Source: Burkholderiales bacterium (GTDB lineage: Bacteria; Pseudomonadota; Gammaproteobacteria; Burkholderiales; JAEUOS01). Taken from it: a stretch of DNA of 64,000 nucleotides. This document shows positions 17,103-24,065 of the stretch, piece after piece; the first letter of the stretch is position 1, and each line of letters starts with the position of its first letter. Below the pieces are notes generated by a model. That model was not told the origin of the DNA. It worked only from the letters and a program-made list of their open reading frames with translations, and searched no databases. The position numbers and the translations under genes are program-made. The stretch covers positions 1,146-65,145 of the forward strand of contig CANJDH010000013.1 in the NCBI GenBank assembly GCA_947473125.1. Reading direction: 5' to 3'.

Positions 17103-19667
17103 CTAGAGCCTGGCGATGATGGCTTCAAGGCGGCGCCGCTCGGTGGTGCCGGGGTGGCCAATGAGGTTGAACAGCATGTCGCGCGGCTCGCGTTTTGCGC
17201 CGCGATCCTTGAGGGTCGTGGAGAGCAGCACCATCTGACGCGCGCGCCGCGCTGCCTCTTCACCAGGCTGGGCCGGAATGCCCAGCGCCAGTTCTAGGTC
17301 GAGCAGCAGGTCGGCGCGCCGCGTCTTGGGCGCCAGCGGTTTGCCGGCGAGCGCTGCGGATTTGCGCATGCCGAGGGCCGGGTGGGCGGCATGTTTCGGG
17401 TCGAGTCGTGGTTCGATTGCGCTCAGACGGGCGGCGGCCTCCGGCGTCCCGGGTTCCTGTTCCACCAGCGCCAGCGCCGCATCAAAGTCGAGCAGGGCGT
17501 CCCAGACGCCGCGTTCGTCGCGGCGCTTGAGTTCGCCAAGGTGGGACTTGACGGCTTGTACCGCCTCGTCGTACTGACGCTCAGCGCCACGCTCGGGGCG
17601 TACCGCGAGCTGCCGCCAGGCGGCCTGCAGTTCAGTCAGGCGCGTCTGGATCACGGCGCGCTCCGGCTCCTGTGCGAGCGCGTGCAACGCGGCAACGTGC
17701 TGGGTTTGCAGTTCTCGCTCGGCGCCATGTTTGGCCTTCACTGCTTCGCGGGCCTGGGTGCGCATCTCGAAGATGCTGTTGCCGAGGGCGCGGAATTTAT
17801 CCCACTGCAGTTGTTCTTCCTTGCGCGGCAGCATCAGCGGCGAGACGCGCTGGTTCCATTGCTTCTGGCAATCCTGCGCAACCTGCATTGCCTCCGCCAG
17901 GGCTGGCCAGGGCCGATCGTTGCCGCCCCCATCTACAGGTCGCGCGGCTTCGGCGCGCAGCCGCGCCGATTCGACTTGTTCCATCAGCGCATGGCGTCGT
18001 TCGCGCTCGCGGCCGCGCTCGGCATCGAGGCGTGCATCGACCGACTTGAGCGCCGCATCCATGCGCGTCTGCAGCGATTTTTGCTCCTTGCGGCCAACGC
18101 CGCCCAGGTCGTACCACTTGCGCACCAACTCACCGCGGCGCGAGGCGATTTTGTTCCATTCGGGTTGCTCGACGACGGCCGACGCCGCGAGCGTCTCGAT
18201 CTCGAGCAGGGCGGCTTCCTTGACCTTGAGGTGCTCGTCGCGTTCGGCGGCCTTGACGGCGCGATACAGCGTGACCGTCTCGTACGCCTTGTTGGTTGCA
18301 GCATGGAATTCGTCCCACAACTTGCGTGGCGCACCGCCGGTCTCGGCGTCGAGCGCTTTCCACTCGTTTTGCATGGTTTGCACCTCGCTGCGCAACATGT
18401 CGATGTTGAGCTTGAGGTCGGGCAGCTTGCGCGCGCGTTCCATCAGCGCGGCGCGCTGGGTGCGCGCCAGGTCGCGGGCGAAGCCATCGAGCTTGAGCAC
18501 TTCGCTCTCGACCGCATGAAAGCGTGCGCGCAGGGCCGGCGCCAGGCGCTCGGCATCGGCGCGATGGCGTTTGATCGCCCCAGCCACCTTGAGCGCGGCC
18601 TTGGCCTCCCCGGCGGCAAGATGGGCTTCGGTTTCGCTGATCAGCGTGACCAGGGCGTCGTGGGCCGCTTTTGACTCGGCGCCGCGCGATTCCTTCTGCG
18701 CGCCGCGTGTGGCCGCCTGGGTTTCGCGTTCGATGCGGCGCAACTCGGCGTCGGCACCGCCGGTGCGCAGGTCGTATGCGTCCTTGGCGCGCACCAGCAG
18801 GTCTTGCGGCAGGCCTGCCGACAGGATGTCTTCCTCGATGACACGGCGCGCCTCGGCGTCGATCGGGTCGAGCAGGTCGATGCGCACCAGGATTTCGCGG
18901 CAAGCCAGTTCTGCGGCGCCGCGCGCCAGGGCGCTTTGCACCAGTTGTTCCAGCGATACCAGGGCCTTGTGGGCGCGCCCGACGATGACGGCGGGTACCG
19001 CAGAGGCGTCGATGGCGGCAAAGCGCTCCGCCAGTGCTGCATGCACCAGCGGGTCGACGACCACCTGCTGCGCCACCAGCGCGAGGCGGGCGCCGTCGGC
19101 TTCGCGCTCGATGGCAATGAGCTGACGCTGCGCGTCCTGGCCCGATTCGAGGTGCGTACCGACCAGCTGGCGCAGGGCGGCCAGGGCCTCAAAACCGTTG
19201 GTGGAAGACGCTTTTCTGGCGTCGGCCTTGAGCTTGTCATAGGCTGCATCGAGCTCGATCAGGCGTGTCAGGTCAATCGAAGGCTTGTCGAGCAGGGTGG
19301 TGAAGTCGCCGCTCAGCGCGATGGCACGCGCGTCAAAATCCGCCTGCCGCGTAAAGCCGGCGATGTGCTCGCGCGCCAGGCGCGACAGGCGACGATCCTT
19401 GTCGGCCCAGGCGTGGGCGATCGATTCCCAGGTTTCCCGCGGGGTCGGCAACTTCGCCAGTTCCTCGGCCGCCAGGATGCGCATTGCGGCGCGCTTGTCG
19501 CGGAGCACCAGCTCGGTCAGGCGGGCCGCGTCGGCACCGTCCATTTCAGCGCGCAGCTTCTCGGCCTTGACTGCCGGCGAGGCCGCCGCGGGTTTCGGGG
19601 CCGCAACCGCGGGTGCCGGGTCGGAAATGACGGCGTTGTTGCCCATCAGTTTGCGCAAGATGTTCAT
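17103..19667 (-). CDS. large helical repeat protein, DUF349-like
   Basis: 854 aa, Ala/Arg/Glu-rich. Recurring W-x(2-3)-[FW/L] helical modules (EWKALD...LWDEFHAATNKAYE; QWNQRVSPL...QWDKFRALGNSIFE), as I recall for DUF349. Confidence 0.7.
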   Translation of the reverse strand: MNILRKLMGNNAVISDPAPAVAAPKPAAASPAVKAEKLRAEMDGADAARLTELVLRDKRAAMRILAAEELAKLPTPRETWESIAHAWADKDRRLSRLAREHIAGFTRQADFDARAIALSGDFTTLLDKPSIDLTRLIELDAAYDKLKADARKASSTNGFEALAALRQLVGTHLESGQDAQRQLIAIEREADGARLALVAQQVVVDPLVHAALAERFAAIDASAVPAVIVGRAHKALVSLEQLVQSALARGAAELACREILVRIDLLDPIDAEARRVIEEDILSAGLPQDLLVRAKDAYDLRTGGADAELRRIERETQAATRGAQKESRGAESKAAHDALVTLISETEAHLAAGEAKAALKVAGAIKRHRADAERLAPALRARFHAVESEVLKLDGFARDLARTQRAALMERARKLPDLKLNIDMLRSEVQTMQNEWKALDAETGGAPRKLWDEFHAATNKAYETVTLYRAVKAAERDEHLKVKEAALLEIETLAASAVVEQPEWNKIASRRGELVRKWYDLGGVGRKEQKSLQTRMDAALKSVDARLDAERGRERERRHALMEQVESARLRAEAARPVDGGGNDRPWPALAEAMQVAQDCQKQWNQRVSPLMLPRKEEQLQWDKFRALGNSIFEMRTQAREAVKAKHGAERELQTQHVAALHALAQEPERAVIQTRLTELQAAWRQLAVRPERGAERQYDEAVQAVKSHLGELKRRDERGVWDALLDFDAALALVEQEPGTPEAAARLSAIEPRLDPKHAAHPALGMRKSAALAGKPLAPKTRRADLLLDLELALGIPAQPGEEAARRARQMVLLSTTLKDRGAKREPRDMLFNLIGHPGTTERRRLEAIIARL

Positions 19668-19756
19668 GACTCGGACTCGGCCCGCAGTGTGTGTGGAGGG
19701 AATAAAACCTGTTCAACCGGAGTTTATACTGTGGCAACCCACTGCCGGAGCGTGCC

Positions 19757-20206
19757 ATGAACACATTTGTAACGGGGATTGCCCGGCCGTTTTGCCTCGG
19801 TGCGGCGCTCCTGCTGTTTGCCGGCACCGCGCCGGCACTGGCGCAACGTCTCACCCCGGCGGACGGCCAAGCGATTCGCAGCGTGATCGAAGCGCAGCTC
19901 GATGCCTTCGCCAAGGATGACGCCGAGCAGGCCTTTGCGTTGGCGGCGCCGCCGATCCAGACCATGTTCGGCAGCGCCGCCAATTTCATGCACATGGTCA
20001 AGACCGGCTACCCGGTGGTGTACCGGCCGATGTCCGTCACGTTTCTCAAGCCGGAAGTGATCGAGGGCGAGATCATGCAGGCGGTGCAAATGAGCGACCA
20101 GCAAGGCCAGGTGTGGGTGGCGCACTACCGCATGCTGCGCCGGAAAAACAAGCCCTGGCTGATCAATGGTTGCCAGCTCGAACGCAGCGACGCACGCATC
20201 ACCTGA
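19757..20206 (+). CDS. DUF4864-like secreted protein
   Basis: Signal peptide ending APALAQ. SVIEAQLDAFAKDDAEQAF...MVKTGYPVVYRP matches my memory of DUF4864. Confidence 0.65.
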   Translation: MNTFVTGIARPFCLGAALLLFAGTAPALAQRLTPADGQAIRSVIEAQLDAFAKDDAEQAFALAAPPIQTMFGSAANFMHMVKTGYPVVYRPMSVTFLKPEVIEGEIMQAVQMSDQQGQVWVAHYRMLRRKNKPWLINGCQLERSDARIT

Positions 20207-20244
20207 CGCCGGCGATTGCGGCGTCCCGGAATAGACGCCGCGGG

Positions 20245-20805
20245 TCAGGCCCGCTTGTGCTCGGGCTTGACGATGTAAAGATACATATTGCGATAGCGCG
20301 TTGCCACCTCGTAGACGCGATCCGGCTCCCAACCGCTGATCGGGAAGGCGTTGGCCACCACGCGGCTGCCGACCTTCAGCTCTTTCCAGAATTTGGGGCG
20401 CAGGCGCGTCACCATTTCCGGGAGCAGGTACAACGCCACGACCGATGCTTCGCTCATATCGGCGGTAAACAAATCCTGCTGCACCACCTTGACCTTGTCG
20501 GCCACATTTTCGGCCTTGATGTTGGCCGCAGCGTACTGGATCAAATTGGGTTCGATCTCGAAACCGACGCCGCGCGCGCCGCGCTGCGCGGCCGCAATCA
20601 CGATGCGCGCGTCGCCGCAGCCCAGGTCGTAGAGCACATCGCCGGCCTTCACCTGCGCCACTTCGAGCATGCGCGCCACCACGCCCAGGGGCGTTGGCTC
20701 GTACACCACATCCGGCCCCTTGCAGGGTGCAAGGTTCTGGGCCTGGGCGGCACTGGCGGCACCGGCGAGGGCGATGGCGGTGGGGAGGAAGGCGCGACGG
20801 TTCAT
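20245..20805 (-). CDS. class I SAM-dependent methyltransferase with a twin-arginine (Tat) type signal peptide
   Basis: Track ORF trimmed to MNRRAFLPTAIALAGAASAAQAQ (RRxFL Tat motif, AxA cleavage site). SAM motif I VLYDLGCGDARIV, and GFEIEP. Confidence 0.75.
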   Translation of the reverse strand: MNRRAFLPTAIALAGAASAAQAQNLAPCKGPDVVYEPTPLGVVARMLEVAQVKAGDVLYDLGCGDARIVIAAAQRGARGVGFEIEPNLIQYAAANIKAENVADKVKVVQQDLFTADMSEASVVALYLLPEMVTRLRPKFWKELKVGSRVVANAFPISGWEPDRVYEVATRYRNMYLYIVKPEHKRA

Positions 20806-20860
20806 GGTGTTCGGGCGGGTGGTGAAAGTGCAGCGATTGTAAGGGGTCAACGCGCGAGCT

Positions 20861-21328
20861 TCAGAGTGCGCCTTCGCCGATCAGTCGGCGAATCGTGACG
20901 ATGGCATCGACATCGGCCTCGACATAGGCCTGCTTGACGAATTCATCGTAGTAGGCGTCGCGTGGGGGCGCGCCCATCACCGCCTTGACGTCGTAGGTGA
21001 AGCGCACGAACAATTGCTCGGGCACCGGCTCTTCGATCGTGACGGTCAGGGTTGCAGCCGGCACTTCGGGCGAGGGTTCGATCTCGTAGCGCACCTGATG
21101 CCGGTCGGTAAAGTGCACCCGGTCACGAATCGTCAGCTTGCCGAAGGTCAGGGCTCGACCGAGCGAGTCTGCGTCGCGATCGAACAGTTCCACGCTGTCG
21201 AGCGCCAGCACGAATTCCTTCGGGCTCTCGGCGCGGCGCTTGATGCCGGCCCAGAGCTGCTCGCGCTTCATCGGGTCGACCAGCGGATTGAGCGGGTCAT
21301 TGATCTGCACCAGATGCTCGAACTTCAT
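20861..21328 (-). CDS. DUF1857 / SRPBCC-fold protein
   Basis: MKFEHLVQINDPLNP...REQLWAGIKRRAESPKEF resembles DUF1857 (AtaL-like). ATGA overlap with the upstream dioxygenase gene. Confidence 0.65.
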   Translation of the reverse strand: MKFEHLVQINDPLNPLVDPMKREQLWAGIKRRAESPKEFVLALDSVELFDRDADSLGRALTFGKLTIRDRVHFTDRHQVRYEIEPSPEVPAATLTVTIEEPVPEQLFVRFTYDVKAVMGAPPRDAYYDEFVKQAYVEADVDAIVTIRRLIGEGAL

Positions 21329-22122
21329 GCGGCCGCTCCAGAGGCGCTCGCACGGAAGCTGACCGACAACATGCTGATCGACGCCATCTCCAACCCGTCG
21401 TCTTCAATCATCGCCGGCTCGCCCGCACCGGCGCCGAGCACGTACAGCAGCGGCAGATAGTGTTCCGGTGTTGGAATTGACTGCTGCGCGTCGGCGCCTT
21501 GCAGCACATAGTCAACCAGCGCCTGGTCATCGCGTGCGGTCAGCGCCGTGCGTGCGAAGGTGTTGAAGCGCTCGGCCCAGGGGTAGGGCGTCATACCGTT
21601 GCGGCGCATCACGCCCAGGTTGTGCACCACGTTGCCGCTGCCGAAAATGAGAATGCCCTCATCGCGCAGGGGCGCCAGTCGCTTGCCCAGGTCGTAGTGA
21701 AACTGCGCCGGCTGGGTGCCGTCAATCGACAACTGCACCACCGGAATATCGGCCTGCGGGTACACATGGACCAGCACAGACCAGGTGCCGTGATCGAGGC
21801 CCCAGTCTTGATCCATGGCCACCGGCAAGGGCGCGAGCAGGCCGCGCACCCGCGCCGCCAGTGCCGGGCTGCCAGGCGCGGGGTATTGCATGTCGAACAA
21901 TTCTTGCGGAAAGCCTCCGAAGTCGTGAATTGTCTTCGGTCGTTCCATCGCGGTAACCCCTACGCCGCGCGTATACCAATGCGCCGAGATCGCCAGGATC
22001 GCTTTGGGCCGCGGCGTGTTGTGGCCGATGCGCGCCCAGATATCGGCGTGGCGATTCGATTCGATCGCATTCATCGGGCTGCCGTGGCCCAGAAACAGTG
22101 CCGGCATGCGAGGAGAAGTCAT
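21325..22122 (-). CDS. 4,5-DOPA-dioxygenase-extradiol-like class III extradiol dioxygenase (YgiD family)
   Basis: MPALFLGHGSPMNA, AILAISAHW, HDFGGFP, GSGNVVHNL motifs. Confidence 0.85.
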   Translation of the reverse strand: MTSPRMPALFLGHGSPMNAIESNRHADIWARIGHNTPRPKAILAISAHWYTRGVGVTAMERPKTIHDFGGFPQELFDMQYPAPGSPALAARVRGLLAPLPVAMDQDWGLDHGTWSVLVHVYPQADIPVVQLSIDGTQPAQFHYDLGKRLAPLRDEGILIFGSGNVVHNLGVMRRNGMTPYPWAERFNTFARTALTARDDQALVDYVLQGADAQQSIPTPEHYLPLLYVLGAGAGEPAMIEDDGLEMASISMLSVSFRASASGAAA

Positions 22123-22147
22123 GATGGAGGTTGGTCAATCAACAGTG

Positions 22148-22171
22148 GGGATGTTACGAGGGATGTTACGA
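22148..22171. repeat. perfect 12-nt tandem direct repeat (gggatgttacga x2) in a divergent promoter region
   Basis: Read directly at 22148-22159 and 22160-22171, between the dioxygenase start (22122) and the radical SAM start (22287). Confidence 0.8.
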
Positions 22172-22286
22172 CATGCCTCGCCAGCAGATGGGGGCGGCGG
22201 GCAGCCAATCAACCCTTTCCACCTGCGCAATGCGTTGACCCGCCCCGGCACGTGCATCGCCCCGCTACCCCTCTACAATCGGGCTC

Positions 22287-23849
22287 ATGCCCCGGATTGT
22301 GCTCGCCACCCTCAACGCGCGTTACACCCACGCCTCGCTCGGACTGCGCTATCTGCTCGCCAACATGGGGGCGCTCAAGGCTGACACGCGTCTTACCGAA
22401 TTCACCATCCGCCGCCCACCGCAAGAAATTGCCGATGAATTGCTTGCGCTCCATCCACGCATCATCGGCTTTGGCGTGTACATCTGGAATGTGCGCCAGA
22501 CCGAGGCGGTGATCGCGATCCTCAAGGCCGCCCAACCGGCCATCACCATCGTGCTCGGCGGCCCGGAGGTGAGTTTTGAGACCAGCCAGCAGCGCATCTG
22601 CCAGCGCGCCGACCATGTCATCACCGGCTGGGGCGACATCACCTTCCCCAGGCTGTGCCGGCAACTGCTCGACGGCCCCCAGCCGCTGATGAACGTGCAC
22701 GCCGGCGAACAGCCCGCGCTCGACACCATCACGCTGCCCTACGGCGAATTCAATGCCGAAGACATCCGCCAGCGCACGCTCTATGTCGAAGCCTCACGCG
22801 GCTGCCCGTTCAAGTGCGAGTTCTGCCTATCCGCTCTCGACAAGACCGCCTGGCCGTTCAACACCCAGACCTTCCTTGCCGAGCTCGACACGCTCTACGC
22901 ACGTGGCGCACGCCGCTTCAAATTCGTCGATCGCACCTTCAACCTCAACGTCAAGACCAGCCTCGCCATCCTCGACTTCTTCACCCGGAAAATCGAAGCC
23001 GCGCCAAATGACCCTTGCTTCCTGCATTTCGAGTTGGTGCCCGATCATTTGCCTGAAGCGCTCAAGGCCGGCATTGCGCGCTTCCCCGCCGGCACCCTGC
23101 AATTCGAAATCGGTATCCAGACCTTCAACACCGACGTGCAGCAACGCATCTCGCGCAAGCAGGACAACCGCAAGGCAGCCGACAACCTCACCTGGCTGCG
23201 CATCCACTCGCAAGCCCATCTACACGTCGACCTCATCGCCGGCCTGCCCGGCGAAGACCTCGAAAGCTTCGCGCGCGGCTTCGATCAACTCTACGCCCTG
23301 CGCCCCCACGAAATCCAGCTCGGCATCTTGAAACGCCTTCGCGGCACCCCGATCATCCGCCACACTGAAGCCTTCGGCATGCACTACAACTCCGAACCGC
23401 CGTACGGCGTGCTTGCCACATCGGCCATCAGCGCAGTTGACATGCAGCGCATGGAGCGCTTTGCGCGTTACTGGGATCTGATTGCCAACTCGGGGCGTTT
23501 CGGCAGAACATTGGCGCTGCTGCTCGGCACGGAGTCCGCGTTCGCACAGTTCCTCGGGTTCGCCGACTGGCTTCACGCCCAAACGGGACGGACGCATCAA
23601 ATCGCGCTGGAGCAGTTGTACAACCGTGCCGGCCAGTATCTGGTCGATTGCGCCGGACTTGATGCGACTGATGCTCAAGCGGCATTGTGCGAGGACTATG
23701 TGCAAAGCGGTGCAAGCGGTCGCTTGGGCTTCATGAAAAAAGGGATTACGCGGGTCGCGGCGGTGAGTGCCAAAGCGACCCCGGTGCGACAACAACAACA
23801 CCTTCCCGGCGCGTCGCGGTGCGGTTGGAGCGGGCCGGGTCCGATTTGA
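22287..23849 (+). CDS. B12-binding-domain radical SAM protein (DUF4080-type C-terminus)
   Basis: RIVLATLNARYTHASLGLRYL N-terminus; radical SAM cluster motif EASRGCPFKCEFC; 520 aa. Confidence 0.85.
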   Translation: MPRIVLATLNARYTHASLGLRYLLANMGALKADTRLTEFTIRRPPQEIADELLALHPRIIGFGVYIWNVRQTEAVIAILKAAQPAITIVLGGPEVSFETSQQRICQRADHVITGWGDITFPRLCRQLLDGPQPLMNVHAGEQPALDTITLPYGEFNAEDIRQRTLYVEASRGCPFKCEFCLSALDKTAWPFNTQTFLAELDTLYARGARRFKFVDRTFNLNVKTSLAILDFFTRKIEAAPNDPCFLHFELVPDHLPEALKAGIARFPAGTLQFEIGIQTFNTDVQQRISRKQDNRKAADNLTWLRIHSQAHLHVDLIAGLPGEDLESFARGFDQLYALRPHEIQLGILKRLRGTPIIRHTEAFGMHYNSEPPYGVLATSAISAVDMQRMERFARYWDLIANSGRFGRTLALLLGTESAFAQFLGFADWLHAQTGRTHQIALEQLYNRAGQYLVDCAGLDATDAQAALCEDYVQSGASGRLGFMKKGITRVAAVSAKATPVRQQQHLPGASRCGWSGPGPI

Positions 23850-24065
23850 TACAGATTGAGAACTAATTCCTGTACCGCAACGAAATATTTCTGTATTAAA
23901 AGACAAGATGTCGATTTGGTTTCTAGCCTTCGTTTTTTATTGATCTTGGGGCGCTGAAACGGCGAAAATAGCGGTTGTGCCCGGCAGCATTGATGTCGCG
24001 CAACATGCAACAATAGCAGGCCCGCAAGTTGTCGATCCACTCACCAGCACGATCATTGCTCTGAC

